Below, piece by piece: positions 39,257 through 52,004 of a DNA stretch of 64,000 bases. Position 1 is the stretch's first letter. Every line of letters starts with the position of its first letter. Made by a program: the position numbers and the translations under genes. The stretch is from the NCBI GenBank assembly GCA_964188305.1, contig OZ076888.1; one strand, 5' to 3'. This stretch comes from Podarcis bocagei. Taxonomy: Eukaryota. A model generated the notes under the pieces. The model did no database searches. It had not been told where the DNA came from and was given only the letters and a program-made list of their open reading frames with translations.

Positions 39257-42200
39257 ATTATATTGCAAGAATGTGGAACAGGATCCAGCCAGTGAGCTGC
39301 GCTCCCTCATGGGCCACTTTGACAATCACCAGATGACATCAAGGATCCTAGCTTCAAAGGAAAGAATCAGGAACCCACAATGCACACTGAGTGTGTTCAA
39401 GATTCTTTTCTTCTTTTCTTTACAGCAAGGCTGCAAAGAAAGATCCCTGCCCAACCTGGGATTTGCACTTGGTGCCAATCAGGGTGGTCTTGGGAACACC
39501 CAAATGTAGCCGATGTCAGTGGGGTCTGCAACCACCACGGGAATTCTCAAGTGGAAGCAATCCAGTGGGGCTTGCATTTGATGCCAAATTTAAGAGGTGC
39601 CAAATACAAGCCCCAGTTGCCAAGGAATAATTGGGAATGCACTTCAAGGTTTCTGATTGTTCCTTTGCAGGCTCTGTAGGAGGTTCATGTGTGTTACCTT
39701 TCCACTGTTGCTACTTGTTACTGCTTTCTTAATTGCAAAGCAATTGCACTGCTGTACAAACATAATTGTTGACATTCCATAATCCAGAGTCCACATGCAT
39801 TTCAATTTCTCAAGGCATGTAAGTACTTGACCAATCTACGCTGTAGTATATTGTTCTGGAAAGCTACCCTGAGGCCATCCAAAGTGATTTTAAAGGTTGC
39901 AATTGGTCTGCACTTATTGATTTCCCACCCCCACTTCTTTCTGTCTTACGGGATCCTGGCAGAGGCGCGAAGTATTACGCATGCTTGCTAGAGACCAGCT
40001 GTTCACTGGGTACAGTGCGACTGCATTAGCTGAACCATCATACTGGTGGTAGGCCAGCTAAATGGGGAGCCCAACTTTATTTTTAGATCTCATTTCATCC
40101 AACCAAAGCAGTAAAGTTCACTGTTTTGCTCATTGCATTTCTTTATTTGCAACTTGAATCACCTTGCTCCCAGCATTTTATTGCAGGGAGAATGGGGAGC
40201 AAGCTTTTATTGAAGGTTTTTAAGAGGCTGGGGGGGGGGTGTTATCAGCACTTAAAGCATTATCATAAGGTATATTGACCAAAGTGAAGAGGTGATAGAG
40301 GTTTCTGCCTATATTGGGTTAATATTTGGTGAAGTAGCTACACAACATTCAAGGTCTCCTCACCACTACCTTACAAAGAATATAGGACTGAGCAAAAATG
40401 CACCTCAGTTAAGTGCTCTGTTTACAGATGGCAAACTGGAGAGACCATTTCAGCACTTTGGGTGACTGCAGTTGTGGAAATGTTCATGGGGTGGAGCTTA
40501 TAAATTGGGGGGCACCCTTTCTGTGGCACCCACTTTTTTACCCAGAATGTCCTGGAACATCCATGGCATTCAGTGGAGTGGAGATTTTGGCTGCCACCTG
40601 TTGTGGTGGAACGAAAACAAAAGCATATAAGACACCCTCCCCCCCCCCATACACACACTATTTAGCCTGACAGCAATGAAATACTTTTTCACAAGTTATA
40701 CTGAAGAAACTGACTCTACCCATGTATAAGTGTTTGTGTAAAGAGTGTATGCCTCTAGATTTGTTCAGCCTAGCTATTGTGTTCAACAGACTATACACTT
40801 GCTGAACATTATATGTACAGCTTAACTATACAGGTACTCAGATGTAATGTGTGAACACCACTTCTGCAAGCTGTTTTGTGATAAGAATTGGTGACTAACT
40901 GCATTATCACCCAGAACATTTTGTGGCTGGGTGGAGATCTGTACGCAGATCCCTCTTACCTAACATTTCTAATTGGGTTCTTGCTCTTTAAAATGTCCCA
41001 CAGTCTATTTATTAGAACATTTGCCTGTGCACACAAAACCTGCATCTTTGTGGACTCCGTTCTAAGAATTGCTATTGGTTCTATTCCTTCTTAGGGTTTG
41101 AAACATCTCTGCTGATCCCTCATTGCAGACTCATCACTTCCTCACCATCTTTCACAGTACTGGCTGTGCCACCTGGACCATAGTGATGCCAAAGACTGGC
41201 CCAAAAACTAAGGTATGTAAGAGAGCAGAAATAGCTCCTGCTTGTCTATCTTAAAGATCTGGTGTGGTTTACTCTGCATCTTTTTGATGATGAATAAATT
41301 GCTGGTATGGTGGAGTGGCCAAACCCTTGCTTCCATTGGAAAGGACTCTTTATCATATTGCACATGCTGGTATGATATCTCCAGCCTTTATCCTCACATC
41401 AACAGGTCTTGTTTCTACTAGAGATCCAGCTTGTGTGCCTTCAGATAGCTAAGCTTGTGATAGCTCCTGAAACTGCCTATTCCTCTTATTATTGGCTGTT
41501 TGAAGATGCTGGAATCTGGAAGTCCCCTGCTTTTCCTCTGCAGACATTGAGGCCCCTGAATTCTGCCATTTCCCAAAACCGATAATACTGGAAAGATCAC
41601 ATAAGGACATGTACCTCATTCTTGTTTCCAAGAAATGTTCCCCTGAGGCCTCCTTCAGTTCAGTCTGTTTTATAATTGGTGGGAATTTCCCCAGCACTGT
41701 CATTGGACTTTCCATGACTTCCTGGGCTTGAGTGTGAAATCTGATAATGCTGGCTCTGAGTCTTCTGTTCTTGCCTGGGAGTATTGGTGCCTCTGTCAGG
41801 GAGACATGAAAAATTCCTACTGCATTGCACTCTACAACACAGTGCTCTCTGGATGAAGAATAAAAGGTGGCTTGCATACCTGTAAATAAACTCTCATGGG
41901 GCCCAAATAAAACAAATAATTGTGTAAACACTGAAACGGATAGCTCCTTCCTCCCAGGCACAATTCAGAAGTCTTGCAGAGTTGGCCTAAGGGGGATACC
42001 AGAGCTTTGCAGATCCATTTGATCAGTGGAGCACAGACTGCTTCCTATATATTTTCATTTCATATTGAAAACTGCTGGTGAAGATGAAGTATTCCCTACT
42101 ATACATTTCCATTACTCGGTGACTCTCACCTGGTTCAGAGTCAAGCAAAAATATGTTGTGTAGCTGTGTGTAAAGCTCATGGGAAATTTTCAGTTACTTT

Positions 42201-42287
42201 GAATATAAGACCTATTCTGGACCAGGTGCACTGGTTGCGTGTTGAGTCCCACAGTGCCACCCACCAAAAATTCACACTTCACACGTG

Positions 42288-43018
42288 ATTTTTTGTTTAA
42301 GGTTTTTGGCATAATTTTGGCCACAACTTTATTAAAATACAAAAAATGTGAGTGGTTGCTTAGGCATTGGTTCCGACTATCTGTCCTTGCCCTCTAGGAC
42401 AGAGCTGGCCCTTCCGGACACCAGCGGAAGCTAGCAATGGGAAACAAGTATTGGGTGAGAAAATGAAGCTGGGTAACAGTTCCTCTCTTCTCACCCTCAT
42501 GTTCCGGTGGGGCTTGCACGGCCCAGGTCCGACTCCGGGGACAAGGACGAAAAGAATGGCAAGCCCCTGGATTCCTTTAACGGAATTCCCTTCGCATCAT
42601 TTGGAGGGATAGGCACTTACCCCTCCAAGCACCAATTTAACCAATGCCTAACCGCCAACCTTACAAGTTGTGACGATTTGCTACGCAGTAGGCAAAAACC
42701 AAATGGCACCAGCCAATCAGCCAGATGGCAAAATTCCTACCAGGCCCCCGCACCAAGGCGGACGACCCCATGACAGGCATAGCAAGGTCAATTGAGCAAA
42801 ACAAAAAACCACCCTATAAAAGGGAGGGAGGGCGGGTGATCCGGTGCAAAACGGCCAAGAGAACGTCCAACGTCTGGCCCCTGTATTTAAAGACTCTGAC
42901 CCCTCCTCCGAATTGGCAACAATCAAAACTCCCCAGCAACCCAATTTAACCACTTAAAGGCTTGGGTTCCTCCAAATTTGCCTAGTCACTACAGGGTGGC
43001 CTGTTTTTCCCAACCGCA
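42288..43018 (-). mobile_element. CpG-rich LTR-like element, possibly a DIRS/Ngaro-type solo repeat
   Basis: 7-bp direct repeat ACACGTG (42281-42287, 43019-43025); minus-strand TTTAAATA then AATAAAGTTGTGGCC near the end. The family call is recalled and uncertain. Confidence 0.55.
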
Positions 43019-43094
43019 ACACGTGCTCTCTGTTATGGAGAACACGCTTTGTCAGGGAATTTCCAGACCCAGTTTAAAGTGCTGGTTTTATCTT

Positions 43095-43300
43095 TACAGT
43101 GTAGATCTAACTGGCTTGGGACCAGGCAGTTTGAAGGACTGCCTGCACCTGCATGAGATTGCCTGGCCCTTAAGATTATCCACAGGGGGCCCACTGGTCA
43201 ACTCCATCAAATTGGCGGGGAGAAAAGACAGAGCCTTTTCAGACATTGCCCCTTCCACTGTGGAATGCCCCTCCCACATGGAGGGTGATTTGTGTCCTTA
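43095..43300 (+). mobile_element. Old L2 3' fragment
   Basis: Peptide LTGLGPGSLKDCL...DRAFS.IAP. Confidence 0.65.
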
Positions 43301-44631
43301 TTAGCTGCTTTCTAAAATGGCTCTCAAAAGACCCAATCAGCTTATTTGCCTTTACAGAAACCTGACTGGGAGCTCTGTCACACAGCTGATTCTACCAGTC
43401 AGCTGATTGCCACTGACAGAACATCTCAATTGCAGGGAGCAATTGGGCACATACCATTTTGTTCCTTAAGATCCATGTCTCTACCTGACCCACACCTGAT
43501 GGTGGGCATGGCTTAGGGGAAATAGCCTCATCAGCTGAGCTGGGACCAATGTTGGCCTGTGGGCCAGAGCTTCCCCACCCCTACTTTAACACACTGATAT
43601 TCCCCTTTTGTTTCTCAACAGCCTCATTTGGGCTGCATCGTTGTCATAAAAAGAGCACCTGAGTTTGTGATTGGTATATAGAAGTGGGCTAAGAATAACA
43701 AGAGCTTTCAGGATTCCATCTACTCCATTCCATCTGCCCCATACCCCAGTTTTCTGCCCCCTCCCAACAGTCAATCATCATTCTGTACCCACTGAGCATT
43801 CTTAGCTCTGATTGGTCTGTCTTGTTTTCTTTTTTTTAATGTGTTGGGTTGGGATGGACATACTTATGCCCAATGCTAGCTACATTAGCAAAATGGATTT
43901 GTCTATTGATTTATATGGGCAGCTCTTACTTCTGTTTCTTGGGGCATAAAATAGTGAACCAGGAAATGCCCTATGCAGACAATGAGATGGTTCTGTCTAA
44001 CCTTTTTATATCCATATGCCTCCTCTTCCATCTTCCTTTCTCAGCCAGTCCATCCCCCTGCCCCACCCAGTTTCATCTCAGCATCCTGTGCTATTAAGCA
44101 TGTTGAGTCCCAATTGGGCTAGAGTGTGTGGGTTGGGTGGTTTCTGTTTTGGCTACAGAGTGAGAGCACTTGGAGAGTTGAAGCAGAACTAGAATAAAGG
44201 ACATAAGGTCATATGATGATTTAAACTGATGGTTAGGAGAGTTAGACAGTTGATGGGGGTTATGCAGGAGAGCTGGGGAAGAGACATGGATGAGTAGGGG
44301 CAGAGGCATTTATGTTTTATAGAAAGGTTGTCATAGCTAAAATGTATACCACTGCATAGCAAATCTACCTATAGGCAAGAGTTTGGGACTCAGGAAAAGA
44401 TGTATTTTTAATCAGCTGCATAAATTCCCAAAGCTGATGTTACAAAAATAGATTATCCATTTGGGTGTTGTGAATCTGTATTTGTTTTTCTTATTGAGGA
44501 ACCAGTTTGAGTAACTTGATAACCTCTCATGCATAACTACCACCTGGCAAGGAAGTAGAAGCAAGTGAGAACGGAGCTCTATGGCAAACACGTTGCGTCC
44601 CGCTTGAATGTAAGCACTAAACCATAAATTA

Positions 44632-44807
44632 GAGGGCACAAGGAGAAGGGGACGACAGAGGACGAGATGGTTGGACAGTGTTCTCGAAGCTACAAACATG
44701 AGCCTAACCAAACTGCGGGAGACAGTGGAAGACAGAAGTGCCTGGCGTGCTCTGGTCTATGGGGTCATGAAGAGTCGGACACGACTAAACGACTAAACAA
44801 CAACAAC
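44632..44807 (+). mobile_element. BovB 3' terminus
   Basis: Reverse complement of the other BovB copies; (AAC)n tail. Confidence 0.9.
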
Positions 44808-47159
44808 ACAACGTGAATGATCTTGTTTGATCAGAACATGGCTTATTATCCTGGGTTGTTAACCAGCATTAACCCAGAATTCCCTGGTTTGGATATAATT
44901 CCGCTTACCTTTTTCATGGCGCCAGCCTCATTGCCACTGACACTAAATTCCTCCTGCTGAACTTCTGGCCAGTGGGAGACAAAACAACCTCTCATGCAAA
45001 CCAGGGGATTTGAATCTGGTCCACCTTTCATTGGGGTTGTAGGTTCACAGTGCCTGGGCATGCCATGGGAAACTCTGGCTTGACAAAAGGCAAGATCTTT
45101 CAGCTGAAACTAGTGCACCTGGGGAGGAGGAACACACATCCACAGTGTTCCTCCATGACTTCAGAAACCATGGTTAACAATGGTATGAATGAACATCTGA
45201 ATGTAGCTATTAAAACTATGTTTTTGCATGTACAAGCAGCTCAGTTGGTGGCATTCTCAGATAGGGTTGAGAAATCCTAGAGAGATCCCCCCCCAATAAT
45301 TTTTCATTTACATACAAGAGCATCATACAACACCAGTAGCTTGTCCAGTGGTACATACCATACAATCAGTAGGTTTATTTATGTATTCTTAGTTCAGATA
45401 TCGTCTGCATAGAGACTCCTGTACTGAGGGTGGAATAAAAATATTTTCCATCTTGTTTATAAAGGAAAAGAAAGGAAGCCAGGTCTCACCAAAAGTGACT
45501 TGAATCGAATTCCTGGACTAGCATGGTCAGGGAAGCAGGTTTTACATCATGGCCTTAGAGAAACGATGCCAGTCAATGCAGATGAGCTTTCACCACTTTG
45601 GCACCCTCCTGATATTTTGGACCCCAACTCCCATCAGTCCCAGGCAGCAGAGCCTGATGTGGACAATACTCAGTAAGATAGGCTAACAACCTGTCTCAGT
45701 AAAGTTGAGTTCCCTATGGCCAATAAACTGTGACTTGTAAGGTAATTGTTGACATGCTATGAGGCACCGACAAATGAGAGAGACAAAAACAGGAAAGAAT
45801 CACGCCACATTCATGAGCTTGCACTCCATGACTGAAAGTCAAGGATCCTTTAATAACCCTTTTGATGGAACTGAAATGTGATTTGTGACTGAAGGCTTCC
45901 CAAATCCACATTACTACCACCATGTCAGTTTTATATCAGTGGAATGTAAATAGACTAATAAGATATCCCATTGTGTTAGCCTGGAGGTAAGTTAAACGTG
46001 CCCTTGAAACCAAAGACAAACTAACACATAATTAAAACTCTCATAGTGAAATCACCCTTGTGGCAGAACTGTGGGTCCTTGTAATGCAAAGGGAAGAGTT
46101 CAGATTAATACCTGGTGCTGCTTGCCATCAGAAAGCCTGGAGCATCTTTGACTGTTACCTCTAGGAACCCATGGAAATCCTGGTCTGATCTGGGATGGGG
46201 TTGGAGGCAGTGAGGAGTTGAAAAGAAACATTACAGAAGGGAAGAAAACCCCTGGAGCTCCCTGTTCCTAAAGGTCAGAAAGGCTATTGACAAGATCACC
46301 AAATCTATTCCCAAATTAGACTTCCATCATTCCATAGAAAGGATGGACTGTGACCTCATGTCAGTACTGTGGTCCATGTGCACAGGTAAAAGAGTGCAGA
46401 GGGTCACCTTCAGCAGCACCTTCCATGCCTCTTCAACCCCTTCATTCACATATGTTCTGCAGACGTGGAGAAAGCTCTTGCAATTTCACAGAATGCAGAA
46501 CTGTACCAGGTGCAGCTTTCCCCACTGCAGTGGGGAACCCCATTGGAACTGATGGAATCTCCCCCCCCCTTCTATTCAACTCTTAAAAGATACCAGTGTC
46601 CTCTCAGGAGCTTCTCTTAGCAAACTGCAACCCTAGATGTGCAACTTGCCACATGCAAAGCTGATCTGTGATCCTACAAATCAGAAATAGTCTTTACCTG
46701 CCCATAAGAATTCCAATGCATTTATCCAGATGTTCTCCACAAAGAGGTCCACACACAAACACCACTTGAGGTCAGGGGTATTTTTTGTTTGACCTATAGC
46801 AAACTTGAATCCCTCCTATGTAGCTCACAGTTACTTCTCTTGAAGCAGTTAATCTCCTTTAGTCCCTGCTCTTCAAACACCAGTAATGTCTGCATTGGAT
46901 TCTGGATCCTACTTTTCTCTCCTGGGAAGACAATCCTCCTGGGAAGACAATTCTGTATTTGCAAAATACTGTGTTGCTGTTTGGCCTGGCTGGCTGAGGA
47001 TGAAGATGCCTTTCCCTTTGGTGCCTATATGCAGTAATCACCATCATCATCTCCTCTGCAAACTGGCTTTCTGTGACCCTGAAGGGACAGGGTCTACAAT
47101 CCCTTCAGACTGAGTCATTCCACAGGCACCAGTCTTCCACAACTTGGTGCTGCCTTTGA

Positions 47160-48365
47160 AAAAGCTTTGGAAGCTTCAGCTTGCCCAGAATGCTGTGGCC
47201 AAACTGCTGACTGAGGCTACTTATAGGGAGCATGTTTGTTGTTGTTGTTTAGTCGTTTAGTCGTTTCCGACTCTGTGACCCCATGGACCAGAGCATGCCA
47301 GGCACTTCTGTCTTCGACTGCCTCCCACAGTTTAGTCAAACTCATGCTGGTAGCTTCAAGAACACTATCCAACCATCTCGTCCTCTGTCGTCCCCTTCTC
47401 CTTGTGCCCTCCATCTTTCCCAACATCTTTTCCAGGGAGTCTTCTCTTCTCATGAGGTGGCCAAAGTATTGGAGCCTCAGCTTCACAATCTGTCCTTCCA
47501 GTGAGCACTCAGGGCTGATTTCCTTAAGAATGGAGAGGTTTGATCTTCTTGCAGTCCATGGGACTCTCCAGCACCATAATTCAAAAGCATCAATTCTTCG
47601 GCGATCAGCCTTCTTTATGGTCCAGCTCTCACTTCCATACATCACTACTGGGAAAACCATAGCTTTAACTATACGGACCTTTGTTGGCAAGGTGATGTCT
47701 CTGCTTCTTAAGATGCTGTCTAGGTTTGACATTTCTTTTCTCCCAAGAAGCAGGTGTCTTTTAATTTCATGAGTGCTGTCACCATCTGCAGTGATCATGG
47801 AGCCCAAGACCCTTTTAAAACAACCTTCCGGGCTACCAGTCCGTTTCCAGGCAGAATTCACAGCGCTGGTTATGACCTATAAAGCACTACTGTATCTGGC
47901 TTGGGCCTAGACTACCTGAAATATATCTCCCCATGTAAACCTGCCCAGGTGCTAAGCTCCTCAGGTGAGCACCAGCCCTCAGTCCCTTCAACAATAGAAG
48001 CATGATTGACGGTGACATGAGAGAGCACTTTTTCTGTGGCTGCTCCCATCTTGCAAAATTCTTTCCCAAGAGAGGTTAGATTGGCTCCCTGTTTGTTATC
48101 CTTCCACCAGCAGGCTAAGTCCAATTCAGACACACCTTACAAAACTAAGGTACAGATGATGCTGATCACTGGGGTGCTATTGGAGCAAACTGTATTTTAA
48201 TTACTGGTTTGAAATGTCTTTTGATGTATTTTAACTATTGTTTTTAACTAATTTGGTTTTGTTACTTTGCATTTTATAATGTTTTAAATGTTGTAAGCCT
48301 CCTTTAGTCCCAGTTTTGGAGAAAGGTGGGATATAAATATATTAAATTAAATTATTATTATTATT
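47160..48365 (+). mobile_element. Old L2 fragment interrupted by BovB
   Basis: ggaagcttcagcttgcccagaatgctgtggcc (KLQLAQNA) upstream; L2 C-terminal region and AT-rich tail downstream. Confidence 0.7.
47233..47809 (-). mobile_element. BovB (RTE) LINE, 5'-truncated, RT C-terminal remnant
   Basis: Peptide LGSMITADGDS.HEIKR.LLLGRK...DITLPTKVRIVKAMVFPVVMYGSESWT is characteristic of BovB. Confidence 0.95.
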
Positions 48366-49196
48366 TTTAAAAAGTGCTCTCCAGATGTTGTTGGACTACA
48401 GTTCCCATTATCTCTGACCATTGGCTGGGGCTAATGGGACCTGAATGAAGCAACATCTGGAAGGCCACAACTTAGCCACCTCTGCTATGCACTCCACCAG
48501 GGATGGGAAACCTCTGGCCTTCTCCAGCTTCCATCAGCCCTAGCCAGCATGGCCAACAAGGAGGGATAATGGGACTTGTAGTCCAGAGGTTTCCCACCAC
48601 AGCGTTATGCTGTGTGGGATTTCATCAAGGGCACTGCTGATTCACTACATGCTTTCCATCTTATGTGATCTGTCACATGTTAGAAGCTGTCCCCTGAACA
48701 GTGGGACGCAGTCAGCTGCAGAGCTTTTCCAAAGCTGTCAGTCGCTGAAAACTCTCCACTCCACATCATCTCTCCGTTTCTGAATTGCATTCTGCCCGGT
48801 GATATTGCTGTGTGGCAAACCATTTCAAAGATGCATACCTGTCAACAGTCCTCAGAAATGTTCCATTTGCTGCCTGCTGTGCAACATCTTAGCTAATGGA
48901 CTGCTATACAAAAGAATTTAAAGACATCTTAAGTAGCTTTTGAAACATTCATTAAGGAAAATGACAAATGGATGCATTTTAGTAGCCAATGAGCAATATT
49001 TTGACGTTTGTACAAATTCAAACATGCAGCAATAGAAGCACACGGCAATAAAACAGAAGGCCTTTACAGCTTTTTGGAAGAAATTGTACTTGGCATTGGA
49101 ATTACCTTGCTGAGTCAGGCCAAAGAACCACCCTTTCTATCACTCCCTTTGGTCATATGGACGAGCCTGGGAAACCAACAAGTAGTTGGTTGGGAG

Positions 49197-49265
49197 CAGC
49201 CCAGAGTGGTTGGGGAAGCCCAGCCCGATGGGCGGGGTATAAATAATAAAATTATTATTATTTAC
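49197..49265 (+). mobile_element. L2 3' stem-loop remnant
   Basis: cccagagtggttggggaagcccagcccgatgggcggggtataaataataaa. Confidence 0.75.
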
Positions 49266-49334
49266 CGTAAATTATTATAGTGCATAATGGAGAGAGCCAA
49301 ACTCTGCTGTTTGCCCTCAGCATCTGTGCAAAGG

Positions 49335-49470
49335 TCATAGCTCAGTGGTAGAGCATCTGTTTGCATACCAAAGGTCCCAGGTCCCATCCCAGGTAGAGGA
49401 ATTGCCATTAAGTATCAACAGTACTGATCTATATGGACCAATGGTATGATTTGATCTAAGTAGCTTCCTA
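49335..49470 (+). mobile_element. Old tRNA-derived SINE (Squam3-like)
   Basis: tagctcagtggtagagcat A-box head; degraded body. Confidence 0.55.
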
Positions 49471-49795
49471 TATTTCTCTATAGTTCTCCAAGTTAGACTG
49501 CCTTTGGACACAGAAGGTCTGTTCTTCTTGCTCTTACGGTTAATTTTGCAATTAGCAGATATGTCATCCATGAATTTAGTGAGTCCTTTTTATAGCCAGT
49601 GACCATAACAGCACCTCATGGCAACAATTAATGAATCCCATAATTATGCTTTGCATTAAGAAATGTTTCCTTGTGTTTGTCTTGAACCTCCTGTTAATCA
49701 GTTTCAATTAGTTTGCGATCCAGGATCAACATTCTGACCAGATGTGATGAATAATGCTGAATGTGAAATTGCTTGGAAACATGTGTATGCGAGTT

Positions 49796-49985
49796 ATAGA
49801 ATCACAGAATTGTAGCGCTGGAAAGGACCACGAGGGTCATCTAGTCCAGCCCCCTGCAATGCAGGGATCTTTTGCCCAACATGAGGTTCAAACCCATGTA
49901 TCGAACTCTTGTACTTTAATATTCTGTTGGAAGCCACCCAGAGTGACTGGGGAAACCCAGCCAGATGGGCGGGGTATAAATAAAT

Positions 49986-50026
<41 letters not shown>

Positions 50027-50055
50027 TTACCCTGAGATTAAGAGTCTCATGCTCT
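49796..50055 (-). mobile_element. tRNA-Lys/CR1 SINE interrupted by an L2 3' end (49899-50028)
   Basis: Both halves match 52948-53098; the insert has the L2 stem-loop and (AGT)n. Confidence 0.8.
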
Positions 50056-51039
50056 CTAAAGTGTTGAAGAATTTTCAGGATGATTTAAAAATTCAAAAAT
50101 TGCTGCAAAATGTGGAGCACTGAATTTAATATTTGGAAGAATATAAACTGAGAGAACCCCCTGGAGCCAATCTCGTGCAGGGGAGAAGAAAGAAGGGGAA
50201 AGTTCCATTCTACTAGCACACATCCCTTGCAGACTGCCCAGAGTCTTTTGTGTGGTCACTCACAATTCCAGTACAGAGTCATCTCTGAGTTGCCACAGCG
50301 TCACATCTGACATCACAGTATTTTAGTTGGGCAGCAAACACTGTCAAGCATACTGATAACAGCCCAAACATGTATAAATAATGAAGAACTGAGTTGAGGG
50401 TGTGCACCCCAACCTTAGCTTTGGGCTACCCCAAATTATATATTTAAACCTCCAGGAGAGTGGCTTCTACCTGGGAGCATGATATGCTTCAGCATAGTTC
50501 CCCAATGCAGGAAAACCTTAATGTATGTAAAAATAAATAAAGTATGGGGGCAAGTGCACCTCGCTGAAAGCTAGCCTGCAGTTGAGCCACAAAGTGTGAG
50601 CTGCCAACAATGTGTCTGCTTGAAAAATCGGCTCTCGCGCACTGATATATGCAAACTCCAAAAATCTGGAAACCAGACATTAAGTTCAGAGAAGAGTTGA
50701 CATTTCACTGAGGAAGAGTTGGATGATTATTGCGATGACTAATTTGTAAGGCGAATGTAAGAACAGATGTGATCAGAACAAGGTAACCATGTTGTTCCAC
50801 AACAAAAATGTAAAGGTTTCTACATTTGAAATCAATTACAGGGTGAAATCAATGCAGTTAATATGCTGGGAGAGAACAAGCCTATGGCGCAGAGGTAGAA
50901 CTCTTAATTAATGTTTGACCTGTAGGGCAACTTAGGAGAACAGAGCCCAGCAGCCACCACTGCAGGGGGTATGAAAAATGTGCTGCACCACTAGACCAGA
51001 ACAAGTATTATGTGGCAGCTGTAACACTGCCAGATCCAC

Positions 51040-51665
51040 AGATTTGAAGTGGATAAGCAAGTATACATGGGATAAGGCAAGTAAACTGGTCTCAAGCCAT
51101 TAAGGGTTTTATTTACTAATAGTAGCACCTTGAACTTGGTCTGGAGTTCAGATCTCTGTGCAAAGGTCTTGTATGCTGATCAGCTCTCCTTCCTGCCAGC
51201 AACAATACTGCAGCATTCTGCACTAACTGCAGCTTCTGGATCAAGCGCAAGGGAAGCCCCACATTGAGTGCATTGCAGTGATCCAACTTTGAAGTCACCA
51301 ATTCCCGAACTACTGTGCTCAAGATCATCTGGTCTAAGAACAGCCCTAGCTGTTGTACCTGTGGAAACTAGTAAAAGGTCCTTCTAGCTCCCTGGGCCTC
51401 CACGGACACGGCTGGATCCACAACCACCCCAAACCTGCTCCTTCAGGGGGAGCGCAACGCTGTCCAGAACAGGGTATCTGGACACTCGCCCACAGTGCTT
51501 CAATCTCGTCAGGATACAAGATCAGCTTATTTTCCCTCATCTACCTCATCACTGCATGCAGGCACCAGTTCAGGACTACCATGACTTCTGATTCAGATCC
51601 TATGGAAAAATGGAGCTGAGTGTCATCAGCATACTGATGGCTCTTAGCACCACGATTCATAATGA
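51040..51665 (-). pseudogene. Degraded L2 reverse transcriptase fragment
   Basis: HQYADDTQL catalytic motif; LVTSKLDHCNAL...LQLVQNAA; frameshifted. Confidence 0.85.
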
Positions 51666-51789
51666 CTACCCTCTTTACTTGACGGGAAAGTAATCTTGAA
51701 TCACTTCTTTTTGTGAGGGGTGGAGGGGAGCTGCTGACTTTGCTGTCCAACTATAGCATTTACATTGTTTACTGTCTTGGATACCATTA

Positions 51790-52004
51790 CAGTGGTACCT
51801 CGGGTTACATACGCTTCAGGTTACGCACTCCCCTAACCCAGAAATAGTGCTTCAAGTTAAGAACTTTGCTTCAGGATGAGAACAGAAATTGTGCTCTGGC
51901 GGCAGGAGGCGCCATTAACTAAAGTGGTGCTTCAGGTTAAGAACAGTTTCAGGTTAAGTACGGACCTCCGGAACGAATTAAGTACTTAACCCGAGGTACC
52001 ACTG
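51790..52004 (-). mobile_element. Tigger-like MITE, family B (inverted)
   Basis: Same TIRs; TA TSD. Confidence 0.9.

Noticed and set aside
41449-41961. 170-aa ORF
   Set aside because: No recognisable domain or exon evidence, and a non-ATG start; compatible with chance.
42526-42553. GTCC...GGAC-GAAA hammerhead-like half motif
   Set aside because: No upstream CUGANGA box.
47420-47575. Two in-frame deletions (6 and 12 bp) in BovB suggesting ORF selection
   Set aside because: Two events are in frame by chance about one time in nine, and the copy is a truncated fragment.
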